This document shows, in pieces, positions 43,063-55,000 of a DNA stretch of 64,000 bases; positions within the stretch are counted from its first letter, which is position 1, and each line of letters opens with the position of its first letter. The DNA comes from an uncultured delta proteobacterium (GTDB lineage: Bacteria > Myxococcota_A > Polyangia > Polyangiales > Polyangiaceae): assembly GCA_963806225.1 (NCBI GenBank), contig CAWDXG010000004.1, positions 4,640,001 to 4,704,000 of the forward strand. The letters are read 5' to 3'. The notes under the pieces were generated by a model. It saw only the letters and a program-made list of their open reading frames with translations. It had not been told where the DNA came from and searched no databases. The translations under genes were made by a program, and so were the position numbers.

Positions 43063-44010
43063 ATGGCGAAAACGCAGCGACCTACTGATACCGTCCTGGG
43101 GGCTTCGACCCCCTTCGTGGGGGTGAAGCACCCCACCCGATTTCTTGCTCTGCTAGCTGCAGGCACTGCGGCGGTCGCGCTGATGGGCTGCAGCTCGAAG
43201 ACGGATCAGACGCAGACGCTCGAGCCGCAGCAGCTCGGCATGTCTTCGAAGATGGCACCGACTTTCGACGACGGCGAGACGCAGCTCTACGAGGCGCGGA
43301 TGCCGGTCAAGTTCCCGATCGTGGCTCCCGGCCAGAGCGAGCTGAGCGCTTTGCGCAAGATCCACGTCCAGCCGTTCGGTCGCTCGCCGTGGCTGAGCAA
43401 CAACGACGAGCAGGTGCGGGTGACCTGGACGCTCTCCAACCTGGACGCCCAGGCCCACAACGTCGAGCTGCTTGTCGATCCGTGGAACGAGTTCGGCCGC
43501 TACTGGCCGGGCATGCAGGTCCAGGATCCGCAGCGCCAGCAGGTCGTTCCGAACCTGTCGGGCATCGACATCATGTTGAACCTTGAAGGCAAGGGAGCTG
43601 GCGACAAGTCGCGGCGCCACGGCACGTTCACCGTGCAGGACATGAACGAGCTGGCCATCGACTTCGCCACGGCGATCAACATCATCAAGAATGTCCCCAT
43701 GCAGCCGGTGACCGCCATGGGCGACATGAACAACTACAACGGGCCGGTCACGCTCGTGAACCACGCGTTCGCCGTCGAGAACCGCTCCTACGACGATCCG
43801 CTCATCCAGAAGTACATTCCGAAGGCGATTCCGGCCCTCACCGGCTTCGATATCGGTCTGCGCACGACCGAGCAGGCCAACGTGGCGGTCGAGTTCACCG
43901 TCGAGCTGGTCGAGAAGGACGGCGGACGGAAGATCGCGCCGCGCGGCAGCACCGAAAAGACTCTGCGCGTGCCGACGACGTACTACACGATCGACTACGC
44001 CGGCGGCTAA
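43063..44010 (+). CDS. Lipoprotein, unknown function
   Basis: Lipobox LMGC after a hydrophobic stretch; start may lie slightly downstream. Confidence 0.75.
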   Translation: MAKTQRPTDTVLGASTPFVGVKHPTRFLALLAAGTAAVALMGCSSKTDQTQTLEPQQLGMSSKMAPTFDDGETQLYEARMPVKFPIVAPGQSELSALRKIHVQPFGRSPWLSNNDEQVRVTWTLSNLDAQAHNVELLVDPWNEFGRYWPGMQVQDPQRQQVVPNLSGIDIMLNLEGKGAGDKSRRHGTFTVQDMNELAIDFATAINIIKNVPMQPVTAMGDMNNYNGPVTLVNHAFAVENRSYDDPLIQKYIPKAIPALTGFDIGLRTTEQANVAVEFTVELVEKDGGRKIAPRGSTEKTLRVPTTYYTIDYAGG

Positions 44011-44131
44011 CGTTGGCGTAGCGACACTGTAGGAGCATTCCCTACGCGCTCATCGACGAAGCGCGCCGCGGCGTCGTTGGACGAACGCGCCGCGTTTCGG
44101 ATAGCATGGCTGGATAAGGAGGCGTATCGCC

Positions 44132-47100
44132 ATGTCCTTGCCCAGGGCGTTCTCGGGCGCCGCCGTCGCGTTGCTCGCTTCGGTGCTGGTCCTCGGTTGT
44201 GGGTCGAGTCCCAGTGGTTCCTCCCATTCGGGTCAAAAGGACGCGGGCGACTCCGGAGGAGGCGGCGTAGGAGGCGGGGCAGGCGACGCCGCAGCGGGCA
44301 GCGACGCGGGAGTGGACTCCGACGCGGGGTGCCCGGCGAATTTCCAGCGCTGCGGCGGGCAATGCGTCTCGACCGACGATCCGGCATACGGCTGCGGTGA
44401 CGGTTCCTGCCAGCCGTGCGCGCCGGCGAACGCGACGGCGACCTGCGCGAGCGGCGCATGTGGCATCGACACGTGTGACCAGGGCTACAGCGACTGCAAC
44501 GCGGACCCGAGCGACGGGTGCGAGGCGCAACTGGACAGCGATCCCGGCAACTGCGGTGGCTGCGGCAACGCGTGCGTCACTCCCCACGCCACCCCCGCGT
44601 GCAGCTCGGGGCTGTGCGGCATCGGAAGCTGTGACGCTGGATACGCGGACTGCAACAAGGATCCGAGCGACGGTTGCGAGGCGAAGACGGACGGCGACCC
44701 GACCAACTGCGGAAGCTGCGGTAACGTGTGCCCGGCGACCGGCGGCAGTCCGATCTGCAGTTCTGGACAATGCGGGATTTCGAAGTGCCCCGCGGGAACC
44801 GGTGAGTGCGACGGCGATCCCAAGACCGTCTGCGAGACCAACCTGGGGACGGACGCCAAGAACTGCGGTTTCTGCGGGAACGCATGCAGCCTGCCGAACG
44901 CAGGCGCCGCATGCAGCACCGGGCAGTGTGAAATCACCTCGTGTGACTCCGGGTTCGACGATTGCGACGGAAAGCCGGCCAACGGCTGCGAGACCAACCT
45001 CGGCTTGAGTGTTGCCAATTGCGGCGGCTGCGGGAAAGCGTGCACCAACGCCCACGGGCAGACGACCTGCAAGGCCTCGGCGTGCGTGCCCACCTGCAGC
45101 GCGGGCTACGGGGACTGTGACGGCGACGCCTCGAATGGCTGCGAGACCAGCACCGATACCGACCCGTTGAACTGCGGAGCGTGTGGCAATGCGTGCAGCT
45201 CGACGAACGGTACGGCGAGCTGCGTCTCCGGAAAGTGCGCCATTGCCTGCAAGGCCGGCTGGGGCGACTGCGACGGCGATCCCTCGAACGGCTGCGAGAC
45301 CCAGCTCGACACGAACACCAACTGCGGTGCCTGTGGCGTCGGCTGCAACCCGAGCAACGGGACCGGCAGCTGCGCCACCGGGGCGTGTACGGTTGTCGCG
45401 TGCAGCGCCGGCTATGCCGACTGCGACGGCAAGGCCGGCAACGGCTGCGAGGTCAACATAGGGACGGATCCGGCGAACTGCGGCAGCTGCAAGAAGACCT
45501 GCAGCAGCAGCGGCGGTACCGCGTCCTGTTCGAGCGGAACCTGCGGCATCACCTGCAGCCAGGGCTTCGGCGACTGCGACGGCGTCGTCACGAACGGCTG
45601 CGAAACGAGCCTCGATACCACCACCAACTGCGGCGTGTGCAAGAAGGCCTGCACCAACGCGAATGGAGGCGCGAGCTGCACCGCGGGCAAGTGCGCGCCC
45701 ACCTGCAACGCGGGCTTCGGTGACTGTGACAACAACCTTGCGAATGGCTGCGAGACGAACCTCGACCAGAGCACCAACAACTGCAGCGCCTGCGGAAACG
45801 TGTGCTCCTGCCCGAACGGGACGCCGAACTGCGTCAACGGGAGCTGCGGGTGCTCGAAGTGCAGCGCGGGGACCGCTGACTGCGATGGCCAGTCGAGCAA
45901 CGGCTGCGAGACCAATACCCAGAACAATACGAGCGACTGCGGCGCCTGCGGAACGGTGTGCAGCGGCGCGAACGGGACGGCGAGCTGCAGCGGCGGCAAC
46001 TGCTCGATTGCGTGCTCCGCGGGGTGGGGCGACTGCAACAGCGACCCGCAGAGCGACGGCTGCGAATCGCCGCTCGATACGCTGACCAATTGCGGCGCGT
46101 GCGGTACGAGCTGCAGCCGTACGAACGCCACTGCGACCTGTTCGACGGGCAGCTGCCAGATCGCATCGTGCGACACCGGCTTCGGTAACTGCGACAAGAA
46201 CAACGGCAACGGCTGCGAGACCGACCTGAAGACCAGCACCAGCGACTGCGGCGCCTGCGGAACGGTGTGCAGCGGTGCGAACGGGACGGCGAGCTGCACT
46301 GGCGGTCAGTGCGCGATTGCCTGTAGCTCGGGCTTTGGCGACTGCAACAAGAACGCACAGACCGATGGTTGCGAGACCCAGCTGAACACCAATGCCAACT
46401 GCGGCGGCTGCGGCACGCCCTGCAGCCTGCCCAACGCGACGACGAGCTGCTCGACCGGCAGCTGCCAGTTCGTCAGCTGCTTGTCGGGCTTCGGCGACTG
46501 TAACAACGCGAACGTCCGACGGTTGCGAGACGAGCCTCTCTACGAACAGCAATTGCGGCGCGTGCGGGACCAGCTGCACCAATCCGCATGGCTCGACCAG
46601 CTGCGGCGCCACGGGGTGTGCGCCCACGTGCAACAGCGGCTGGGGCGACTGCAACGGCGACCCCAACGACGGCTGCGAACTGAGCCTGACCACGCTGTCG
46701 GACTGCGGAGCCTGCGGCACGACCTGTAGCCTGCCTCACTCCACCGCGAGCTGCTCGACCGGCACCTGTCAGGTCGGAACGTGCAACGCGGGGTGGGCCG
46801 ACTGTGGCAGCGCGCCGGGCTGCGAGACCGATATCCAGAACGATGCCAACAACTGCGGTGCTTGTGGCACGCAGTGTAGCAGCAACAACGGGACGGCGAG
46901 CTGCAGCACGGGCAAGTGCGCGATTGCCTGCGCCGCGAACTGGGGGAACTGCGACAACGACGCCAAGACCAACGGCTGCGAGACCGATCTGACCAGCAGC
47001 CAGAACAACTGCGGCTCCTGCGGGCACGCCTGCAGCTCGAGCCAGACCTGCGTGAACGGCACCTGCAAGAGCACCAGCGTGGTCTGTGGCAACGGCGTGA

Positions 47101-48107
47101 TCGAGACCGGCGAGCAGTGCGACGACGGCAACCTCCTCAATCTCGACGGCTGCAGCTCCACCTGCAAGTACGAGCAGATCCAGCGTGTGACCCAGCTGAC
47201 AGTGAGCCGGACTGCGCCTTCGCCAGGCTTCTGTTCGCCCACCACGAACCAGTTCGGCAAGGCGCTGTCGTCGAGCGCAGCCACCAGCTTCAATTCGTCG
47301 CTCCAGACGGACATCGACAATGGCGACCTGAATACGATGCTGGATTTCCTCGGCCTCGACGACCTGACGGGAGTGAGCGATCCAGCTCTCACCGTCGGCG
47401 TGGTCAACGGCACGCTCGACCCGAAAAAGGGCGCATGGTCGCCACCAGGCGCGATCGACTGGTGGTTCCTGGCCAATGTGGCCGACATCGATGCGAGCGG
47501 CATTCCGCTTTATCAGCTGTCGCCTGCGGCCATCGCCAGCAACTTGTTGACCGGTGGCCCGAGCAAGGTCGTGCTCGATTACGGTGGCTCGCCGTTGACG
47601 ATGCTGGGCGCGAACGTGAAGGCCCAGACCAGCACGGCGATCAGTCTGCCGGCGCCGCCGCCCTCCGCGCTCGCTTCGGGGCTCAAGACGTTCGAGACCC
47701 TGGACGCCAGCCAGACAGGGCAGGGCCTGTGCGGCAACATCACGGTGGGGTCCCTCGCCGCGATCCCGGCGCCGCAGGATCTGACGACCTCCTCGACCAA
47801 TTCCTTACATATCTGCCGCTCGAGCTGCAAGAACTCGCTTTCGTACACCTACTGCGGCGCGGGCAACCCGGTCGGGCCGAGCTGCAACTCGCTGCTCGAC
47901 GTGCTCGTCGGCGGATGCAAGGTGACGTTCCTCTGCGCCGGAGTCATCACGTCCACCCAGCCCGACGTGGGCGTGGGCGGCAACCCCCCGAATAAACTCA
48001 CCAACGGCACCAACAACAAGGTGTCGGTGTCGCAGCCGAACGACGCCTACTCCTCGTATTTCCAGTTCACGGCACAGCGCGCCCACATTACAAACAACCT
48101 CCCATGA
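44132..48107 (+). CDS. Large Cys-rich repeat lipoprotein (about 1300 aa) with DUF4215-type repeat and TNNLP C-terminal domain; frameshift near 46510
   Basis: AAGGAGG RBS; lipobox VLGC; about 17 repeats of DCDG...GCET....NCG.CG..C; CGNGVIETGEQCDDGN; ORFs 44132..46729 and 46392..48107 join. Confidence 0.88.
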
Positions 48108-49747
48108 GGCGTACGCGAGGGAGGTACTTCTCGCTGCTGCTGGCGGCGACGGGCTTGGGGCTGGGCCTGCTCGGCGGCTGCGGTAGCGGCGGCGGCGGCG
48201 GTGGCGGCGGCGGCGCTGGCGGCGGCGGCGCTGCAACCGGCGGGAGCGCGGGTGGCGGAGGTGTCGCGGGTGTCGACGGCAGCGCTGCTGCTGGGGGGAG
48301 CGGCGGCGTGGCTGGCAACGACGCGGGGAGCGACGCGGGCGGCAGTGCCGGCGCGGGCGGGGCGGGCTGTTCCGCGGACGCCGCGCCGGACGATCCGGCA
48401 TACGGCTGCGGCGCGCCCGACTGCAAGCCGTGCGACGCGACCCACGGGACACCGGGATGCAGCGCCGGCCATTGCACCATCAGCTGCGACAATGGTTACG
48501 GCGATTGCGACAGTGACGCCAAGAACGGCTGCGAAGCGGACTTCTCGAGCAGCGCGACCTGCGGCTCGTGCGGCAACGCGTGTACCGCCGGACAGAGTTG
48601 TGCGGCGGGAAAGTGCAAGGTGGTCTGCGGCGACGGCGTCATCGGCGGCACGGAGGATTGTGACGACGGCAACACGAAGAACCTCGACGGCTGCGCCTCG
48701 AGTTGCCGGTACGAGGTGTTCACACGGATGACCTCGCTCAGCATCGAGACGGCAACGGGGCCGGCCTTCTGCGCCCCTGGCACGAACACTTTCGGGAACG
48801 TGTTTCCAGGTGGAGTGGTGGACATACTGAACAACGAGCTCTCCGACTCCCTGACGAACGGGACTCTGAATCTCGTCCTGGGGTTCTCGGGCCTGGACGA
48901 TCTCACGGGACAGAACGACGCCTCGCTCTCGCTCGGGGTCCTGTCGGGCAAGCTGGACCCGAAGCACACGGGCGCCTGGAGCGCAGGGGCCATCGACTTC
49001 TGGTTCCTGGCGGACCCGGGCACCATCGATGCGCAGGGTCAGCCTACCGAGCTCTTGCCGGGGGCTTCGATCACGTCCGGCGCACTCGTCGTGGACCCCA
49101 GCAAGATCTCGATGCCGTTCGCCGGTTCCACCCTCGACCTTCTCGCGGCGCATCTCAGAGCCACCGTCGACTCGTCGCCGGCGCCCGATGTGCCCGCACC
49201 GCCACCCTCCCAGCTGGCGACGGGTCTGGCGGTCTTCCGCACGCTCACCGCCACGGGAGCCGGTCAGGGGCTCTGCGGCAACGCGACGGTGGAGTCGCTC
49301 GCGAAGATCCCTCTGCCACAGAGCTTCGCCACCGGGGGCCTGAGCGCGTGCATCGATTCCTCCTCGTTCGGCTCCTGTTCCAGCACGCCCAGCATCACCT
49401 CGCACGCGTACACCTGGTGCGGCGAGCACTGCGGCAACCCCGGCGACCCGGACTACGACGCGAACGGCTGCTCCTCGTGCACCGCCGACCACTGCCATTC
49501 CAACCCCGTGGGATCCGGCTGCAACTCGCTGCTCGATGCCATTATAGGCGGCTGTGTCGTCAATCCTCCTGACTGCAAGGAGGCATTCATTCCGACCCAG
49601 CCCGACGTGGGCACCGGCGGCAACGCTCCGGCCAAGCTCACGCTCGGAAGCGGCAACAAGGTGACTCCCAGTGTCGCAACGGACGCCTATTCCGCCTATT
49701 TCCGCTTCGCTGCGAATCGCGCTCACGTGACCAACAATCTGCCCTAG
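48104..49747 (+). CDS. Cys-rich lipoprotein, paralog 2 with TNNLP C-terminal domain
   Basis: Lipobox LGGC; Gly linker; one GCE repeat; CGDGVIGGTEDCDDGN; ends NRAHVTNNLP; ATGA overlap. Confidence 0.88.
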   Translation: MRRTRGRYFSLLLAATGLGLGLLGGCGSGGGGGGGGGAGGGGAATGGSAGGGGVAGVDGSAAAGGSGGVAGNDAGSDAGGSAGAGGAGCSADAAPDDPAYGCGAPDCKPCDATHGTPGCSAGHCTISCDNGYGDCDSDAKNGCEADFSSSATCGSCGNACTAGQSCAAGKCKVVCGDGVIGGTEDCDDGNTKNLDGCASSCRYEVFTRMTSLSIETATGPAFCAPGTNTFGNVFPGGVVDILNNELSDSLTNGTLNLVLGFSGLDDLTGQNDASLSLGVLSGKLDPKHTGAWSAGAIDFWFLADPGTIDAQGQPTELLPGASITSGALVVDPSKISMPFAGSTLDLLAAHLRATVDSSPAPDVPAPPPSQLATGLAVFRTLTATGAGQGLCGNATVESLAKIPLPQSFATGGLSACIDSSSFGSCSSTPSITSHAYTWCGEHCGNPGDPDYDANGCSSCTADHCHSNPVGSGCNSLLDAIIGGCVVNPPDCKEAFIPTQPDVGTGGNAPAKLTLGSGNKVTPSVATDAYSAYFRFAANRAHVTNNLP

Positions 49748-49788
49748 CGGCTCGCCTATCGCTTGATTGTCGCGCTACCATCGACTTC

Positions 49789-50436
49789 GTGGACCAGTCA
49801 CGGGGCGCGCGGGCACGAATCCAGGAGCATCTGCTCCCGGGGGAACTCGTGGCCGCCTGGCGGAAGAACCGGGACTCGTTCTTTTCCGAGCTTGGCGACA
49901 CGCAGCTTCTGCTGGTGCAGATCCCCGAGCTCGACAGCGAGCTCCCCCAGGGGCTCCACGGTGCATCCACGGTATCCGGCGTGCGGCTCAAGCCCACCTA
50001 CGATGGCATCGGCTTCGCGACCGTTCTGCACTCGGCTTCCGATGACGCTCGTCCCAGCTGGCGTCCGCTCGGTCGCTCTTTCGATCCCACCACGCTGGAG
50101 ACGCTCTGCGTGCGGAATACGTATTTCGTCGTTCCGCTCAGGCGCCGCGAGACGGGGCGCGCGTTTGTCGAGCATATCTCGGTGGGCCGCGCCCGCAACA
50201 GCGACATCGTGTTGCGCCACGAGAGTGTCTCGAAGTTCCATGCGTGGTTCGAATGCGACGAGAGCGGCAAGTTCTATCTGGGCGACGCCAAGAGCAAGAA
50301 CGGCACGCGCGTCAACGGCGTGAGCGTGGTCGGCGGCGACCTCTGCCCGCTCGATTCCGGCGACGAGCTCCGCTTCGGGCGGATCACGACCCTCATCTGT
50401 CCGCCCGCGACGTTCTGGGAAGCGATCCGCGCCTAG
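49789..50436 (+). CDS. FHA-domain protein
   Basis: SVGRARNSDIVLRHESVSKFHA...DAKSKNGTRVNG...LDSGDELRFG. Confidence 0.9.
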   Translation: MDQSRGARARIQEHLLPGELVAAWRKNRDSFFSELGDTQLLLVQIPELDSELPQGLHGASTVSGVRLKPTYDGIGFATVLHSASDDARPSWRPLGRSFDPTTLETLCVRNTYFVVPLRRRETGRAFVEHISVGRARNSDIVLRHESVSKFHAWFECDESGKFYLGDAKSKNGTRVNGVSVVGGDLCPLDSGDELRFGRITTLICPPATFWEAIRA

Positions 50437-51992
50437 GGCAGGTTGTTCGTGAGGTGCGCGCGGCTGGCCGCGAAGTGCGCGAAGAACGTATAGCCGTCCG
50501 TCGGAACACTCGGCGTGACCTTGTTGCTGGTGCCGAGCGTGAGCTTGGCCGGAGCGTTGCCGCCGGTGCCCACGTCGGGCTGCGTCGGGGTGACCGCCTC
50601 CACGCAGAGCGACGTCACCTTGCAGCCGCCCACGATGACATCCAGTAGCGAGTTGCAGCCCGGCCCCACCGGCAGCCCGGCTCCGCAGTAGGTGTAGGTC
50701 CGTGTGCCCGACGTGCATGTCGTGGAATCCTGGCAAGCGTTGGGTCCCAGGCAGAAATCCTGAGGCAACGGAGTCGTCGCGAGCGACGCGACGGTTGCCA
50801 CGCCGCACAAGCCCTGGTCGGTAGCCGTTGCAGTCAGGCTCTGGAATACCGCGAGCCCCGAGGCGAGCGCCGAGGGTGGCGGCTTGGGCGCATTCGGCGC
50901 GGGCGAGGTGTCGATGCTCGCGTCGATGCTTGTGTCGCGCGAGTCGAACTCGGAGACCGTCGTGCCCGTGATAATCCGTATCAGCAGCGAGCTCGGCCCC
51001 GCCGTGAGCTCGTTCGACTTGATCATTGCGGGCGCGAGAAGCTCTGTGGGCTTGTCTGTCTTGGGATCCAGCAGGTCCGTGTCGGCCAGGTACCACTCGT
51101 CGGGAGTGGTCGGGCTCCACGTACCGAAGTACTTCGGATCGAGCGAACCCGACACCATCGCGAGCTCGAAGTTCGATGCGTCGGTGCCGGTGAGGTCATC
51201 CAGCCCGCCAAACGAGAAGAACTCGTTGTACGCGCCGCCGGTGATGGTCGCGGTGATGTTGTCGTCGAAGGCTTGCGCGACCTCGGTGGAGAAGGATTGC
51301 CCGACCGCATTGCCCTGGTGGGTGCAGAACCCGGGTGCCGGGTCCCTGGTGATCTCGAACCTCGAGAGACGCATGACCGTTTCGTAGCGGCAATTCGAGT
51401 CGCAACCGTCCAGGTTCTTCGTGTTGCCGTCATCGCACTGCTCGTTCCCGGCGATGACTCCGTCGCCGCACACGACGGTCTTGCAGTCTAGAGCGCAGGT
51501 CGCGGTGCCCGGAGGCTCGCAGTCTTCTCCCGGCTCGACGGCGCCGTTGCCGCATTGCGGCTGCGTGCACACCGCGTTCTTGCAGTAACCCCCCGTCCCG
51601 CACGCCGAACCATCGGCCGGCGGAGTGCCTGGTTTGCACGCGCGGCCGCCGGGGACGCTCTGGCACGTCTCCACGCCATTGCACGGTTCGCTGTCGTCGC
51701 AGTCGGCGTCCGCGTGGCAGCTCGTGTGGCAGTCGGGCTCGCACCCGCTGCCCGGGGCGTTGCTCGCGCCGTTGTCGCACTCTTCGTTGCCGCTGATGGT
51801 GCCGTCGCCGCACACGGGCCCAGCGTCCGTTCCGGAGTCCCCGGCGGCGCCACCGGAGCCGCCATTTCCACCACCGCCCGGGCCGGATGAGCCGCCCGAC
51901 CCGCAGCCGGCAGCCGGCACGCTCGCCGCCAGGGCAAGCGCATATCCCCACGGGGCCAGCGGGGCCAGGGCTCCCAGGCGCGCGCGCAGCAT
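50433..51992 (-). CDS. Cys-rich lipoprotein, paralog 3 with TNNLP C-terminal domain
   Basis: AAGC lipobox-like; three CG[D/N]G...E.C repeats; ends SRAHLTNNLP. Confidence 0.85.
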   Translation of the reverse strand: MLRARLGALAPLAPWGYALALAASVPAAGCGSGGSSGPGGGGNGGSGGAAGDSGTDAGPVCGDGTISGNEECDNGASNAPGSGCEPDCHTSCHADADCDDSEPCNGVETCQSVPGGRACKPGTPPADGSACGTGGYCKNAVCTQPQCGNGAVEPGEDCEPPGTATCALDCKTVVCGDGVIAGNEQCDDGNTKNLDGCDSNCRYETVMRLSRFEITRDPAPGFCTHQGNAVGQSFSTEVAQAFDDNITATITGGAYNEFFSFGGLDDLTGTDASNFELAMVSGSLDPKYFGTWSPTTPDEWYLADTDLLDPKTDKPTELLAPAMIKSNELTAGPSSLLIRIITGTTVSEFDSRDTSIDASIDTSPAPNAPKPPPSALASGLAVFQSLTATATDQGLCGVATVASLATTPLPQDFCLGPNACQDSTTCTSGTRTYTYCGAGLPVGPGCNSLLDVIVGGCKVTSLCVEAVTPTQPDVGTGGNAPAKLTLGTSNKVTPSVPTDGYTFFAHFAASRAHLTNNLP

Positions 51993-52081
51993 CTCGCGAG
52001 CATACTGCCACGAGCCCGGCACCCCAACCAACCCGATCACGCCGCGTGCGCGGTTGATCGAGGATGATGTAGCATCGCAGT

Positions 52082-55000
52082 GTGAGGCGTCCAACGAGGT
52101 CGCGGTCCGGGGCCGCCTGGTCGGGTGCTGGCGGCCCCTCCCGCTCGCTCGTCGCCTTGGCGCTGACGGGCGTCTTCCTGGCGGCCGTCATCATGCTGGG
52201 CTCTGCCTGCGGTCGGACTCCGGAACCACCCGGCTCGACCGTCGTCGAGGCGATCAGCCGGAGCCATCCGGGTCTGGCCACCCCGTTCGAGCAGGCTCGG
52301 GTCCGGCCGGTGCGCAGCGTCGGACCGGACTACCGGATTGGGCCGGCTACCGGAGTACCGCGTGGGCTGCCGCCGGAGGCGGCCGCTCGGTTGGCCCTCC
52401 GGCGCCGGGCGCAGCACCCCGATGTGACAGCCGAGCTGCCGGGCACCGCCGACGGCACGGTGCGGCTGTCAGTGGCTCGCGGAGAGTTCGCCGTCGGTGT
52501 GCGGCATCCGGGTGCCGCTGCGTCGAAGGCCACGCTCGATCACGGGGCTCTGGTTTATCGGGATGCCGTCCCGGGGGTCGACATCCTCTGGTTTGCCCAC
52601 GGCGATTCCGTCGAGGAGCTCTGGCGGGTGCGTACGCGGCGGGCCGTGCCCGGCTATCACCTCGACCTTCCGCCCGGCGCCACGCTGCACTCGGTATCAC
52701 GGGGTTTGATAGAGCTCCGGGATGCGCACGGGACGGCGTGGATGCGTCTCACGGCGCGGCGCGCCTGGGACGCCGGCGGCCGGAAGCTCAGGCCCGAGCT
52801 CGTCGTGGCCGGCAATTCGGTCCAGGTGCGTATCGCTCCGGACGCAACGTTGCCCGTCGTGATCGATCCGGAGTGGGAGTCCAGCACAGCTCTCTCCAGC
52901 ATCCGCGAGCACGGCACAGCCACGGTGCTGCCTTCCGGTCGGGTGCTGCTCGCCGGCGGAACCGCCGCGGCGGCGGGCTACCTGGAGTTTGCCGAGCTCT
53001 ACGACCCGAAGACCGGGACCTTCACTACGACCGGACACATCATCGAGCAGCGCATCTATCACACCGCCACGCTGCTCCGTTCGGGCAAGGTTCTCATCGT
53101 AGGCGGAGCAGGGCCGGTCGGCGGGTTCCACGCCACAGCCGAGCTCTACGACGAGCAGACCGGCTTGTTCACGCAGACCGGCAGCATGAGCACCGTCCGC
53201 GCCGATCAAACCGCCACCATGCTCGCTTCGGGGAAGGTCCTCGTTGCAGGGGGCAAGGACCAGCTGTCGAAATCGGTGAGCTCCGCGGAGCTCTACGACC
53301 CGACGAGCGGCACGTTTGCCGCCGCCGCAAGTCTTGCCGTCGCACGCTACGGCCATACCGCGACGCGCCTGCGGTCGGGCAAGGTGCTGATCGCCGGCGG
53401 CTACCACACCAACTCGAGCGCCTCGGTCGTGCCGAACGCGACCGCCGAGATCTTCGATCCCTCTGCGGGCGCGACCGGCTCCTTTTCGCTGACGGGTTCG
53501 ATGTCGGCGGCGCGCGCACGGCAGATCGCGACGCTGCTGCCGTCGGGCAAGGTGCTGGTCACTGCTGGGACCGGGACAAGCGGGTCGCTGGCATCCGCCG
53601 AGCTGTTCGATCCGGCGTCGGGCAGCTTTTCTCCGACCGGCTCGTTGACGACGGCGCGGACCTGGCCAAGCGCGGTGCTGCTTCCGAGCGGCGATGTGCT
53701 GGTGACCGGTGGCGAGACAGGCGGCGTCGGGCTGTTCAGTTCGGAACTCTACAACCCGCAGAGCGGCAGCTTCGGTGCTGCGCCGAGCATGACCGTCCAG
53801 CGAGTCCACCACAACTCGGTCATGCTGCCGAACGGCAAGGTGCTGGTCGCGGGCGGACCCTACAGCACGGTCGCCGACCTGTTCGACCCGGTTGCTGCTC
53901 CGGGGACCGCTACCGCCACGGGTTCGATGAACGACGCCCGTCGCTACGCCACTGCGACCCTGCTGCCCTCGGGCAAGGTGCTCGTGGCCGGAGGACAAAC
54001 GTCCGCAGGCCCGCTCGCTACGGCGGAGCTCTACGATCCCGTCACGAGGACGTTCACCGCCACCGCGTCCATGCCCACCCCACGCTCGAAGCACACCGCG
54101 ACGCTGCTTGCGTCCGGAAAGGTCCTCGTCGCGGGCGGGGAGTCGACCGGCGGCGATCAAACCGCCGAAGCCGAGCTCTACGATCCAGCCGCCGGCACCT
54201 TCACTCCCACTGGTGCCATGACGGTTTCCCGCGACGCCCACACGGCGACCCTGCTGTCGACGGGTGAAGTGCTGATCGTGGGCGGCGTGACGAGCGGGAA
54301 CGCCATACTCTCGAGCGCCGAACTCTACGATCCGTCCTCGGGGACATTCAAGACCACCGGCAACATGACCGCACAGCGTTTCGGTCACACCGCCACGCTG
54401 CTTCCCTCGGGCAAGGTGCTGGTGGCCGCGGGAATCACGGGCAACCTGACTGCCGAACTCTACGACCGATCGGCGAACGGCGGCGCGGGCGCCTTCTCGC
54501 CCGTGGGCAACCTCACGCGTGCGCGCTTCCAGCACACGGCGACGCTGCTGTCCTCGGGCAAGGTGCTGCTTGCCGGAGGCACGGACGGTTCGACGCCCCT
54601 GGCCACCGCCGAGTTGTACGACCCGGCGACCGGCGGGTTCACCCAGACCGCGTCGATGTTCAATGCGCGCTCCGGCCACTCGGCGACCATGCTGCCGTCG
54701 GGCGACGTGCTGTTCGCGGGCGGTCAGGCGTCCACGGTGCTGGCCAGTATCGAGGTGTTCGACCCGGGAGATGGCACCAACGGCGGCTTCATTCCCGGTG
54801 GCAGTCTGGGCCAGGCGCGTTCCGACCACGTGGCGAGCCTGCTGCCCGACGGGGACGTGCTCATCGCCGGTGGCGCGGCGGCCGGCAGCTCGCTCACGTC
54901 GGCCGATACCTGGGACGCCGGCAGCGTTGGAAACGCGAGCTGGCGTGCGCAATTGACCTCGGTCCCGGCTAGCGTCACCGCTGGACAGTCAGCGGTCATC

